A stretch of 64,000 nt of DNA from Candidatus Omnitrophota bacterium (GTDB lineage Bacteria; Ratteibacteria; UBA8468; MWAK01): the NCBI GenBank assembly GCA_043826355.1, contig JBDRQI010000031.1, positions 1 to 64,000 on the forward strand, read 5' to 3'. Positions 1-8,937 of this stretch are shown here, piece by piece. Made by a program: the position numbers and the translations under genes. Within the stretch, counting starts at the first letter, position 1. Each line of letters opens with the position of its first letter. The notes under the pieces are model-generated. The model did no database searches, was not told where the DNA came from, and saw only the letters and a program-made list of their open reading frames with translations.

Positions 1-3
1 AAT

Positions 4-1325
4 CACTGCTGTCCGGTTATGGATCGAATAATAGCAATTGATTCGAAGTATCAGTGTTTACAGATATTTGGGAATCTTGTTGCGAAAGCAAGTACTGGAG
101 CGGTTCTTTCTCGAATTGACTGAGGCTTAAAATCTGTAGAATTGTGTAGAGACTCCGGTCGTTCGCAAGTCGTTTCTTTAAGATTGCCACCAGGACATAG
201 ACGGATACGGCAATCCAGACCTGGGTTTTTACGGCGTTTTCGGACGTGCCGAAAAAAGCCTTGATTCGCAGGTGTTGCTTTATCCACTTGAAGAAAAGTT
301 CTATTTGCCAACGGGCTTTGTATAATTGAGCGATGGTAAGTGCCGGCAAGACAAAGTTGTTGGTTAGAAAAACAAGATGTTTCTTGGTATCGGCGTCGTA
401 ATAGGAAATACGACGCAGTGGTTCCGGATAATCCTTGGAAGTATTGATGCCGGTAAGGAAGACGGTTTGGTCTGACCGCAATCCGGTGGACTTGTCCACC
501 GGCCGGGAGTATCTTCTTCGGGCCGCAAGATTGCGTTTGGCTTTGGTTATAAAGAAAGCGGAGGATTGATGAATGGCGTAGAGCCGCTCGAAATCCAGAT
601 ATCCCCGATCCATCACGTAAAAGGAGCCCGCTTCTATCAGGAGCAGGTCCAGGATATTGACATCGTGTATCCTGCCTTCGGTGATGTGGATGAACTCCGG
701 GATGTTGCCGCGCAGATTCAAAAGCGTGTGAAGTTTGATAGCCCCCTTGGCTTTTCGGAACCTCGCCCAAGGGAAGAGTTCCAGACACAGGTCTATGGTA
801 GTGGAATCGAAAGCATAGACCGTTTCTTTCAGTTGCACCCCGAAATCGTCGTTGAGATAGAGCGGCCGGGCTATTCCAATCAACACCTGAGCAAAATCGG
901 CGTAGATACGCCAATCCCTGGCTTCGTTGGCATCCGCAAGTGTGCTGCGGGAGATTCTGCCCCGAATACCCATATGATACAGCCGGGATTTCATCGACCG
1001 AAGGCAAGATTCTATATCCCGGAGACTGTCTCGATACGTCAGTTGGGCAAAAGCCATGCACAGGAACTGATCTAAACATGAGAAATCCCTTACTTTGTAA
1101 TTGCCATGATACCGCTCCACGCACTTGTGAAACTCGTGCAGTGGCAACAGATCCATCAGTTGCGCAAAGACAATTCGTCCCGTATACATTAGCCGCTCCT
1201 TTGGTTGGTATAGAGTGGCTATATTCTACAGGCGAATTCAAGTCGTTTACGAATTCAATGGCATTCAATCCATTGCAGGACATAGGTTTTCACCGTTTTG
1301 GTTTATAAACAACCGGACAGCAGTG
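4..1325 (-). mobile_element. IS4-family insertion sequence (complete)
   Basis: Perfect 15-bp terminal inverted repeats CACTGCTGTCCGGTT (4-18) and AACCGGACAGCAGTG (1311-1325) enclose a DDE transposase. Confidence 0.93.
17..1189 (-). CDS. IS4-family DDE transposase
   Basis: Motifs DSTTI, KLH, VMDRGY and YKARWQIELFFKWIKQHL. Confidence 0.95.
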   Translation of the reverse strand: MYTGRIVFAQLMDLLPLHEFHKCVERYHGNYKVRDFSCLDQFLCMAFAQLTYRDSLRDIESCLRSMKSRLYHMGIRGRISRSTLADANEARDWRIYADFAQVLIGIARPLYLNDDFGVQLKETVYAFDSTTIDLCLELFPWARFRKAKGAIKLHTLLNLRGNIPEFIHITEGRIHDVNILDLLLIEAGSFYVMDRGYLDFERLYAIHQSSAFFITKAKRNLAARRRYSRPVDKSTGLRSDQTVFLTGINTSKDYPEPLRRISYYDADTKKHLVFLTNNFVLPALTIAQLYKARWQIELFFKWIKQHLRIKAFFGTSENAVKTQVWIAVSVYVLVAILKKRLANDRSLYTILQILSLSQFEKEPLQYLLSQQDSQISVNTDTSNQLLLFDP

Positions 1326-1334
1326 TGTTATAAT
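1326..1334 (+). promoter_or_regulatory. Extended -10 element (TGnTATAAT) upstream of nusA; also the probable IS target-site duplication
   Basis: TGTTATAAT directly follows the right IR; the window starts with AAT before the left IR. Confidence 0.55.
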
Positions 1335-1419
1335 AACAAATATGTAAAGTATTAAAAGGTTTTTTTAGAAAAGAAAAAACCGGTTAATAATATCGAAAGA
1401 ACAAGGAGACAGAAACGAT

Positions 1420-2568
1420 ATGCAGCTGGATAAAGAATTAACCGCCATCCTGGAATACCTGGAACGCGAACGCGGTCTGGACCGACAAACGGTTCTGGCG
1501 GCGATTGAGGGCGGTCTTCTATCCGTTTACCGGAAAAAGATGAAGATGGAAACGGGGACTGAACTCCACATTGACCCTCAAACCACCGAGGTATACATCG
1601 TAGACGCAGCCGGTAACCGGATTCCGGCGCCGGCGCTCCCTTCAGGCAGGATTGCCGCCGCCAGCGCCCGGCAGATGATTATGCAGAAAATCCGCGAGGC
1701 GGAAAAAACCCAATTATTTGAAGAGTATAAGAGCAAAGAAGGCACGATTGTTTCCGGCCTGGTCGACCATTACGAAAAAGGCAGCCTGATTGTTAATCTG
1801 GGTCGGATTGAGGGTTTATTTCCCGCTTCGGAATTAACCCGGGCTGAACGACACCGTCGGCAGGGAGCCGCCGTAAAAGGCGTAATTATAGAAGTTGCCA
1901 GAGAATCCCAGGGTTTAAAAATTATCCTTTCTTCTTTACACCCCTCTCTGATCGCAGAATTATTCACCCAGGAAATTCCGGAAATCAGGGATGGACTGGT
2001 GGAAATAAAAAAGATTGCCCGGGTGGCCGGTGAAGCCACCAAAGTGGCAGTCAGTTCCAATGACAGCCGGATCGATCCGGTGGGAACCTGCATCGGTATT
2101 CGCGGCACCAGAATCCGGGCCATCATGAAAGAGGTGGACGGGGAACGGGTCGACGTTATCCGCTGGCGGGAAGACCCGGCGGAAATGATTGCCGCCACCC
2201 TGTCTCCGGCAAAAGTTTTGAAAGTTGAAGTCTTCCCGGAGCGAAGGTCAAGCCGGGTGATTGTGGCTGACGACCAACTGGCTATCGCCATCGGCAAAAA
2301 AGGCATTAACGTCAAACTGGCTTCCCGGATGTCCGGAATTACAGTTGACATCAAGAGTGAAAGTGAATTAAAATCTGAAGAGCTGCCGGCATCTGCTACG
2401 CTGCCGGGCGTGGACGAAAGTCTGGCCAAAAAGTTAAAGGAGGCCGGATTCGTTTCGTTAAACGACATCGCTTCCGCCCGGGCGGAAGACCTGGCCCAGG
2501 TTGAAGGCATTGACCCCGATAAAGCCAAAGAACTGATTGAAAGCGCACGCCTTACCTTTGTCCCATAG
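1420..2568 (+). CDS. nusA: Transcription termination/antitermination factor NusA
   Basis: S1 and KH domains (EIPEIRDGLVEIKKIAR, DPVGTCIGIRGTRI, AIGKKGINVKLAS) and a C-terminal HhH-like region. Confidence 0.97.
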   Translation: MQLDKELTAILEYLERERGLDRQTVLAAIEGGLLSVYRKKMKMETGTELHIDPQTTEVYIVDAAGNRIPAPALPSGRIAAASARQMIMQKIREAEKTQLFEEYKSKEGTIVSGLVDHYEKGSLIVNLGRIEGLFPASELTRAERHRRQGAAVKGVIIEVARESQGLKIILSSLHPSLIAELFTQEIPEIRDGLVEIKKIARVAGEATKVAVSSNDSRIDPVGTCIGIRGTRIRAIMKEVDGERVDVIRWREDPAEMIAATLSPAKVLKVEVFPERRSSRVIVADDQLAIAIGKKGINVKLASRMSGITVDIKSESELKSEELPASATLPGVDESLAKKLKEAGFVSLNDIASARAEDLAQVEGIDPDKAKELIESARLTFVP

Positions 2569-2630
2569 GGGTCTGTCTCGTAATAAAATTATCCCAGGCA
2601 AACAGGCGATTTTATTATAAGATAAACCTA
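2569..2630. repeat. Imperfect inverted repeat, MITE-like, between nusA and infB
   Basis: GGTCTGTCTCGTAATAAAAT ... ATTTTATTATAAGATAAACC. Confidence 0.55.
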
Positions 2631-2654
2631 TAACATAACACCTGAAAATACTCG

Positions 2655-4169
2655 ATGAAAAAAAATATCCGGCCCCGGCCCCCGATTGTCACGTTGATGG
2701 GTCACGTTGACCACGGCAAAACCTCGCTCCTTGACGCCATTCGAAAAAGCAACATCGCCGCCGGGGAACACGGTCAGATTACCCAGCACATCGGCGCTTA
2801 TACCATTGAAATTAACGGTAAAAAAATTACCTTCCTGGATACACCAGGTCACGAGGCGTTTACGGCGATGCGGGCGCGGGGTGCCCAGGTTACCGACATT
2901 GTTATCCTGGTAGTCGCCGTTAATGAAGGACCGATGCCTCAAACAATTGAAGCGATCGACCACTGCCGGGCGGCCCAGGTACCGATTATTGTGGCCCTGA
3001 GCAAAATTGACAAAGGCAGCGAAAACGTCCACCGCGTAAAAGCTCAACTCGCCCAGCACGAACTCCTGTCTGAGGACCTGGGCGGTCAAACTCTTTTTGT
3101 AGAAACGGCTGCACTCAAAGGAATCGGAATCGACAAACTTCTGGAAGCGATTATTTTGCAGTCAGAGATACTTGAATTAAAAGCCGATTATAGCGTACCG
3201 GCCGAAGGAGTGATAATTGAAACAAAAATGGAACGCGGTACCGGTCCAAATACTACGCTCATTATTTTAAACGGCATCCTGAAAGTCCGCCAGGCATTCT
3301 GGGCGGGCAATACGGACGGAAAAGTAAGGGCCATCTTCAACGACCAGGGAAAAGCCATCTCTGAAGTTACGCCGGGCTTGGCCGCCCGGGTGGTAGGGGC
3401 CGTGAGACTGCCTTCGGTTGGCGCCAAGTTCCAGGTCGTTTCTTCCGAAAAAGAAGCCCGGGAACTATCAAAAAATAGTGAAATCCAAGCTTTAACAGCG
3501 CCGGCTTCCCAGATTACGCTGGAGGAATTTTACCAGCGTCTGCAGGAATCAACCGTCAAAGAACTGAACGTCATTTTAAAAGCGGATGTATCCGGTTCCG
3601 TTGAAGCCATAATTGAAAGCCTGGAAAAAATGGCCGGCACGGAAGTAAAGATAAAAATTATTCATTTTGGAGTGGGTCCGATTTTAGAATCGGACATTCT
3701 CCTGGCCAAGGCCTCCGCCGGCATTGTCCTGGGTTTCAACGTTGGAATTGAACCGGACGCGAAGGTGGCAGCCCACCACGAAAAAGTTCAGGTCAGATTT
3801 TATAAGGTCATTTACAATCTCCTGGATGACATGCTTAAGGCGTTATCAGGAATGCTCACTCCGGAAATCAGGGAAACGATTTTAGGAAAAGCGCTGGTGA
3901 AAGAGGTTTTCAACCTTTCCAACGGACAGATTGTAGCGGGCTGCAGCGTTGCCGAAGGAAAAATTACCCGGGGAAACAAATCCCGCCTGTACCGGGGCGA
4001 AAATTTAATCCTGGAAAGCAGCATTATTTCCTTACGCCGCTTTAAGGAAAATGTGCGCGAGGTCCTGGCCGGTTATGAATGCGGCATCTCGCTGGGAGGA
4101 GCAAAAGAGATTCAACCCGGTGACACTATCGCTACTTTTCAACTGGAGGAAGTAAACCGTTCAATATGA
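2655..4169 (+). CDS. infB: Translation initiation factor IF-2, short form lacking the N-terminal domain
   Basis: RPPIVTLMGHVDHGKTSLLD, FLDTPGHEAFTAMRARGA, GYECGI. Confidence 0.97.
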   Translation: MKKNIRPRPPIVTLMGHVDHGKTSLLDAIRKSNIAAGEHGQITQHIGAYTIEINGKKITFLDTPGHEAFTAMRARGAQVTDIVILVVAVNEGPMPQTIEAIDHCRAAQVPIIVALSKIDKGSENVHRVKAQLAQHELLSEDLGGQTLFVETAALKGIGIDKLLEAIILQSEILELKADYSVPAEGVIIETKMERGTGPNTTLIILNGILKVRQAFWAGNTDGKVRAIFNDQGKAISEVTPGLAARVVGAVRLPSVGAKFQVVSSEKEARELSKNSEIQALTAPASQITLEEFYQRLQESTVKELNVILKADVSGSVEAIIESLEKMAGTEVKIKIIHFGVGPILESDILLAKASAGIVLGFNVGIEPDAKVAAHHEKVQVRFYKVIYNLLDDMLKALSGMLTPEIRETILGKALVKEVFNLSNGQIVAGCSVAEGKITRGNKSRLYRGENLILESSIISLRRFKENVREVLAGYECGISLGGAKEIQPGDTIATFQLEEVNRSI

Positions 4170-4525
4170 ATAAGGGGTTGACAAAAAACTGTCTTTTCTG
4201 CCGCATCGTCAGGGGGGAGATTCCATCCCAAAAGGTTTTTGAAAATAAAGAACTGCTCGCGTTTAAGGATATTAATCCCCAGGCGCCGATCCACGTCATC
4301 ATCATACCGAAAAAACATATTGATTCTTTATCCGGCGCCAAGAAAAAAGACAACGCTCTTTTGGGAAGCCTTCAACTGGCAATATCTGAAATTGCGGAAA
4401 AACTGGCGGGGAAAAACAGTGGTTACCGGATTGTAACCAACTGCGGAGAAGAAGCCGGACAATCGGTCTTTCACTTACATTACCATCTTTTAGCCGGACG
4501 AAGATTTACCTGGCCGCCGGGTTGA
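4166..4525 (+). CDS. hinT: Histidine triad nucleotide-binding protein
   Basis: CLFCRI and the HIT motif QSVFHLHYHLLAGR. Confidence 0.93.
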   Translation: MNKGLTKNCLFCRIVRGEIPSQKVFENKELLAFKDINPQAPIHVIIIPKKHIDSLSGAKKKDNALLGSLQLAISEIAEKLAGKNSGYRIVTNCGEEAGQSVFHLHYHLLAGRRFTWPPG

Positions 4526-4532
4526 AAAGAAC

Positions 4533-4620
4533 GGTAGACAGCATACAGTAGACGCGTATAAAGGAAAAAGATAAAAACGATTTAAAAAATCACTTGCGGT
4601 TCCCTGCATGCTGTCTACTG
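4533..4620. repeat. Heptamer-based inverted repeat element, copy 1
   Basis: GGTAGAC AGCATAC AGTAGAC ... TTGCGGTTCCC TGCATGCT GTCTACT; similar to 5435-5531. Confidence 0.75.
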
Positions 4621-4627
4621 AAATATT

Positions 4628-5461
4628 ATGGTTGTAGAAATAAATAAAATACGGATTGGTGAAAAAAATCCTTTCTGCCTCATCGCCGGACCCTGTGTAA
4701 TTGAAAACGAAAAAATAACTCTGGCTATCGCCGAAAGATTAAAAAAAATCTGTGACCGCCTATCCATTCCTCTGGTCTTCAAGGCTTCTTATGACAAGGC
4801 TAACCGAACTTCCGTACATTCTTTTCGGGGCCCCGGCCTGACAGAGGGCTTAAATATTCTGGCCCGGGTAAAAGAGAAAACAGGGCTGCCGGTTCTTTCG
4901 GATATCCACCAACCCTCGGAAGCGAAACCGGCGGCCGAGGTGCTGGATGTAATTCAGGTTCCGGCCTTTCTCTGCCGGCAGACCGACCTGCTCCTTGCCG
5001 CCGGATGCACCAATCGGGCAGTAAACATCAAGAAAGGGCAATTTGTGGCTCCGGAAGACACCGTCCGTTTTGTTGACAAGATAAAGAGCACCGGTAATTC
5101 CCGCGTTTTATTGACCGAAAGAGGCACTTTTTTCGGTTACCACAACCTGGTGGTTGATTTCTGTGGTTTTCAGGTCATGTCCGCCTTCGCGCCGGTAATC
5201 TTTGATGCTACGCATTCCATACAACAACCGGCGCTGGGAGAAGTGAGCGGCGGCCGCCGGGAATTCGTACCCCTGCTGATACGCAGCGCTCTGGCTGCCG
5301 GATGCGCCGGAATTTTTCTGGAAGTACACCCGAAACCGGAGGAAGCGCTTTCCGACGGGCCAAACATGGTCGGACTGGACAACTTGTTTCCATTACTGGA
5401 GCAGGCGAAAGAGATAGATGTGTTGATAAAAAAAAGTAGACAGCATACAGTAGACGAGTAG
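4628..5461 (+). CDS. kdsA: 3-deoxy-8-phosphooctulonate (KDO8P) synthase
   Basis: IAGPCVIE, KASYDKANRTS, PAFLCRQTDLL, DATHS. Confidence 0.97.
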   Translation: MVVEINKIRIGEKNPFCLIAGPCVIENEKITLAIAERLKKICDRLSIPLVFKASYDKANRTSVHSFRGPGLTEGLNILARVKEKTGLPVLSDIHQPSEAKPAAEVLDVIQVPAFLCRQTDLLLAAGCTNRAVNIKKGQFVAPEDTVRFVDKIKSTGNSRVLLTERGTFFGYHNLVVDFCGFQVMSAFAPVIFDATHSIQQPALGEVSGGRREFVPLLIRSALAAGCAGIFLEVHPKPEEALSDGPNMVGLDNLFPLLEQAKEIDVLIKKSRQHTVDE

Positions 5462-5531
5462 CCAAAGGGAAGATATAAGAACAAAAAAACATTGCGGTTC
5501 CCCGTATGCTGTATACCGTATGCTCTATACT
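5435..5531. repeat. Heptamer-based inverted repeat element, copy 2 (overlaps the kdsA 3' end)
   Basis: AGTAGAC AGCATAC AGTAGAC ... TTGCGGTTCCCC GTATGCT GTATACC GTATGCT CTATACT. Confidence 0.75.
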
Positions 5532-5540
5532 AAAATTCTT

Positions 5541-6515
5541 ATGGATATCCTGAAACGCGCCGGGGAAATATTTAAGTCGGAAATTTCCGCCATTGAAGCC
5601 ACCGGGCTGGCCCTGGATAAAAAGTTTAAGGAAGCGGTTGAAAAGATAGCCGCCTGCCGGGGCCGGGTAGTAATCACCGGGATGGGCAAAAGCGGGATTA
5701 TCGGCCGCAAGATTGCAGCCACTTTGAGCAGCACCGGAACCCCCTCCTTTTTTCTCCATCCGGCGGAAGCGGTTCACGGCGACCTGGGAATGATTGACCG
5801 GGAAGATATCGTCCTGGCAATTTCCAACAGCGGCAAAACGGAAGAAGTATTAAGGATACTACCCGCCATCAAACAGATCGGCGCCAAATTAATTGTCATC
5901 ACCGGAAACCAACAGTCGCCGACGGCGGCGGCCGCGGAAATAGTTCTGCAGTTAAAAGTGGAAAACGAGGCGGACTCTTTTGGTCTAATCCCCACCTCCA
6001 GCGCCGCCGCACTCCTGGTATTAGGCGACGCCCTGGCTCTTTCGGTCCTGGAACAAAAAGGGTTCCAGAAAAAAGACTATGCTTTTTTTCACCCGGGCGG
6101 AGAGTTGGGCCGGCGCCTGAAACTAAGAGTGGACGAAGTAATGCGCTCCGAAAAAGAGATGCCGACGGTACAAAAAGGCGCCCTCTTGAACCAGGCGCTT
6201 GAAGTAATCAGCGCCGGAGACCTGGGGATGGTCATAGTGGTTGACCCAAACGGCTGTCTGGATGGTGTGTTAACCGACGGTGATTTGCGGCGTTTTTTGC
6301 TCAAAAACCCATCCATTGAAAACATCCGGGTCGATGACTTAATGACCAAAAACCCAAAGACCATACCGGCGGGAAGTCTTACTGCATCCGCTATCAGCGA
6401 AATGGAAAAATACGAAATTATGTTCCTGGTTGTAATTGACGAAAATAAGAAACCGGTAGGCGTGGTTCACCTCCACGGAGTCCTGGGCGGAAAAAGCACA
6501 TACGGGGACAGGTGA
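5541..6515 (+). CDS. kdsD: Arabinose-5-phosphate isomerase, KpsF/GutQ family (SIS + CBS)
   Basis: GMGKSGIIGRKIAATLSSTGT, EAVHGDLG, HPGG, CBS pair; ATG at 5541 preferred to 5520. Confidence 0.95.
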   Translation: MDILKRAGEIFKSEISAIEATGLALDKKFKEAVEKIAACRGRVVITGMGKSGIIGRKIAATLSSTGTPSFFLHPAEAVHGDLGMIDREDIVLAISNSGKTEEVLRILPAIKQIGAKLIVITGNQQSPTAAAAEIVLQLKVENEADSFGLIPTSSAAALLVLGDALALSVLEQKGFQKKDYAFFHPGGELGRRLKLRVDEVMRSEKEMPTVQKGALLNQALEVISAGDLGMVIVVDPNGCLDGVLTDGDLRRFLLKNPSIENIRVDDLMTKNPKTIPAGSLTASAISEMEKYEIMFLVVIDENKKPVGVVHLHGVLGGKSTYGDR

Positions 6516-6546
6516 CCCCCCATCCCACCTCCCCTTCAAGGAGAGA
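6514..6546. repeat. REP-like element (CCCCCATCCCACCTCCCCTTCAAGGAGAG family)
   Basis: Similar to 53660-53704. Confidence 0.55.
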
Positions 6547-6554
6547 AGCTTGAG

Positions 6555-7142
6555 ATGATTATGAATAAGAAATTTATTGTTACCATCGCATCTTTGGCAA
6601 GCGTAACCCTGGCCGCTAATCTGCTCTTTCTTTCCTTGCGGCGGTCAACGGTTTCACAGCCGGCCGGTCCTGGCGGTGAGGAGATAACCGGTTTTAATTA
6701 CGAGAAGATTGAATCCGGCTTAAAATTGGTTATAACCGGAGAAGCGGCCACTATCACCCCGGACAAAAATACAACCGTTAAAGCACCGGCCGCCCAAATG
6801 GAAACGGCGGAAGGGAAGATTATCCTGGTGAATACCGGCACCGCCGGTACCGCAGAGATAGTTCTTGACCCCAAGAGCGGTCAACTGCAAACGATGGTTC
6901 TCAAGGGCGGAGTAACCATCACCCGGAAAGACAAGAAGAGCGGACAGATTGAATTTACAGCGGAAAGCGAACAGGCAACTTACCGATACGCAACCCAGGA
7001 AATGACCCTTATCGGAAATCCGGTAGTACACCAGGGAGAGAATGAATTCCGCGGTGAAACTATACGTTATCTGCTCAAAGATGGTAAAATACTCGTGGAA
7101 AAAAACGCCTCCGGCAAGATTCTTTATGAAGAGAAACATTAA
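6555..7142 (+). CDS. LptA/LptC (OstA-like) LPS transport protein
   Basis: N-terminal membrane anchor; beta-jellyroll-type C-terminus (LIGNPVVHQGENEFRGETIRY); position after kdsA-kdsD. Confidence 0.75.
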   Translation: MIMNKKFIVTIASLASVTLAANLLFLSLRRSTVSQPAGPGGEEITGFNYEKIESGLKLVITGEAATITPDKNTTVKAPAAQMETAEGKIILVNTGTAGTAEIVLDPKSGQLQTMVLKGGVTITRKDKKSGQIEFTAESEQATYRYATQEMTLIGNPVVHQGENEFRGETIRYLLKDGKILVEKNASGKILYEEKH

Positions 7143-8076
7143 GGGCTGCTTCCTTAAGCGGATTATTGTTTGCAGCCTTGCTTTACTGCCTGTTCTTACC
7201 TTCACCAATCATCTGTCGGCTCAAGGAATATTGGTAAAGGTAAGATTCCCGAACGGTGTAATAAGTCAGGTAGAACTGGAAAAATATGTCTGCGGTGTCC
7301 TGGCCGGCGAAATACCCTCCGACTGGCCCCTGGAGGCACTGAAGGCGATGGCGGTCTGCGCCCGGACTTTTGCCGTTAATAAAGTAATAGCTAACTTTAA
7401 CAATTACTACCACCTCACCAGCGAAGTCCGTGACCAGGTTTACCGTGCCGGGTTCCGGCAGAACGAATTTTTTACCAGGGCGGTTTCGGAAACCCGAGGC
7501 GAAGTTTTAACCTACGACAAAAATTTGGCCCAGGTCTATTACTACGCCAGTTCCGGCGGCTACACCGCAAGCAGCGCTTCGGTCTGGGGCAATGATTTTC
7601 CTTACCTGAAAGCGATGAACGACCCCTACAGCACGGAAGAACCTTATAATTCCTGGACGCTGGCTTTGAATCCCGCCGAATTCCTGCGGGCGCTGAAAGA
7701 AGTAGGTGATATCCAAAACCTGTCCGGAACTTTAAAGAGCGTGGAGGTAGCAAAACGCGACGAAAGTAACCGGGTAAAAACACTCAAGGTGTCGTTGGCA
7801 AACCAGGACTATTTTATCGATATAAACAGTAAATCCGACAACCCGAAGCGTAAAACCCTGCGGGAAGTTCTCGGCAACAACCAGCTTCGCAGCACCTCTT
7901 TCGATGTGCGGATGGAAAACGGAATGGTTCTTTTTACCGGCAAAGGCTGGGGCCACGGTGTAGGGCTTTCGCAGTGGGGCGCCAAAAAGATGGCGGAACA
8001 GGGTTACACCTACGACCGGATTTTAAAATTCTATTTTCCCGATACAATTATGGGCGAAGTTGTTTTATCACAATAA
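7126..8076 (+). CDS. SpoIID/LytB domain lytic transglycosylase-like protein
   Basis: LEKYVCGVLAGE, EALKAMAVCART, GWGHGVGLSQWGA. Confidence 0.93.
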   Translation: MKRNIKGCFLKRIIVCSLALLPVLTFTNHLSAQGILVKVRFPNGVISQVELEKYVCGVLAGEIPSDWPLEALKAMAVCARTFAVNKVIANFNNYYHLTSEVRDQVYRAGFRQNEFFTRAVSETRGEVLTYDKNLAQVYYYASSGGYTASSASVWGNDFPYLKAMNDPYSTEEPYNSWTLALNPAEFLRALKEVGDIQNLSGTLKSVEVAKRDESNRVKTLKVSLANQDYFIDINSKSDNPKRKTLREVLGNNQLRSTSFDVRMENGMVLFTGKGWGHGVGLSQWGAKKMAEQGYTYDRILKFYFPDTIMGEVVLSQ

Positions 8077-8167
8077 ATAACAGGGTCACCTTCATACTAC
8101 GGATACTTTACACCGTTCGGCTTAGCCGCAACGGCATCCACGTTACGGCGACCAAGGGAGGAAAACA

Positions 8168-8476
8168 GTGAATCTGAAAATTGTCGTGCGCAACCATGCA
8201 GACTTTTCTCCGATACTTGAAGATTACCTGCGGGGAAAAATGGAACGGTTGGAACATTTCAACAACCAGGAGGTATTTGACATCGAGGCCATCTTTTCCG
8301 AAGAAAGACACCAGAAGGTTTGCGAACTGCTTACCCGACTGAAGGGCAAGGAACTGTTTGCCCGGGCAGGCGCAACCGAATTCCAGGCGGCAATTGACGA
8401 AGCCCAGCAGCGGTTAAAAATACAGCTGGAAAAATATTTCAAAAAAAAGATTGATTTAAAAAGGAGGGGGTTATGA
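8168..8476 (+). CDS. hpf: Ribosome hibernation promoting factor (RaiA/HPF, short)
   Basis: Sigma54-modulation/S30EA-like sequence in its canonical position before ptsN; GGAGG RBS. Confidence 0.85.
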   Translation: MNLKIVVRNHADFSPILEDYLRGKMERLEHFNNQEVFDIEAIFSEERHQKVCELLTRLKGKELFARAGATEFQAAIDEAQQRLKIQLEKYFKKKIDLKRRGL

Positions 8477-8937
8477 AGATTACAGAATTCCTGGTGCCGG
8501 AGGCGATTATTCCGTCACTACGAAGTACCGACAAGGAAAGCGTGGTCAAGGAGATGGTTGAAACACTGGTAAAAGCCGGTTCGGTAAAGAACGCGTCCCG
8601 GGCGGTGGAGGTACTTTTGGAACGGGAAAAATTAGGCAGCACCGGCATCGGCCAGAATATCGCGGTCCCCCACGCCAAAAGTGAGGAGGTCAAGAATCTG
8701 GCGCTCGGGATCGGCATCTCCGAAAAAGGCGTTGATTTTGAAGCCCTGGACGGGGACCCGGTTAACATCGTTTTCATGGTCATTGCGCCGATTGACGCCA
8801 CCGGCCTGCACCTTAAAGTCCTGGCCCGGATCGCCCGCCTCCTGAAAGACAAGGTGTTTCGAAATTCTCTGCGCAGCTGCAAAACCGCGGAAAAGATTTA
8901 CGAAACGATCAGGGAAGAGGACGAAAGAGCGGCATGA
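8473..8937 (+). CDS. ptsN: PTS IIA (Ntr/fructose-type) component
   Basis: EREKLGSTGIGQNIAVPHA; HLKVLARIAR. Confidence 0.9.
   Translation: MKITEFLVPEAIIPSLRSTDKESVVKEMVETLVKAGSVKNASRAVEVLLEREKLGSTGIGQNIAVPHAKSEEVKNLALGIGISEKGVDFEALDGDPVNIVFMVIAPIDATGLHLKVLARIARLLKDKVFRNSLRSCKTAEKIYETIREEDERAA

Noticed and set aside
51..1283. 410-aa ORF overlapping the IS4 transposase in another frame
   Set aside because: No recognisable motifs and atypical composition; most likely a shadow frame of the transposase.
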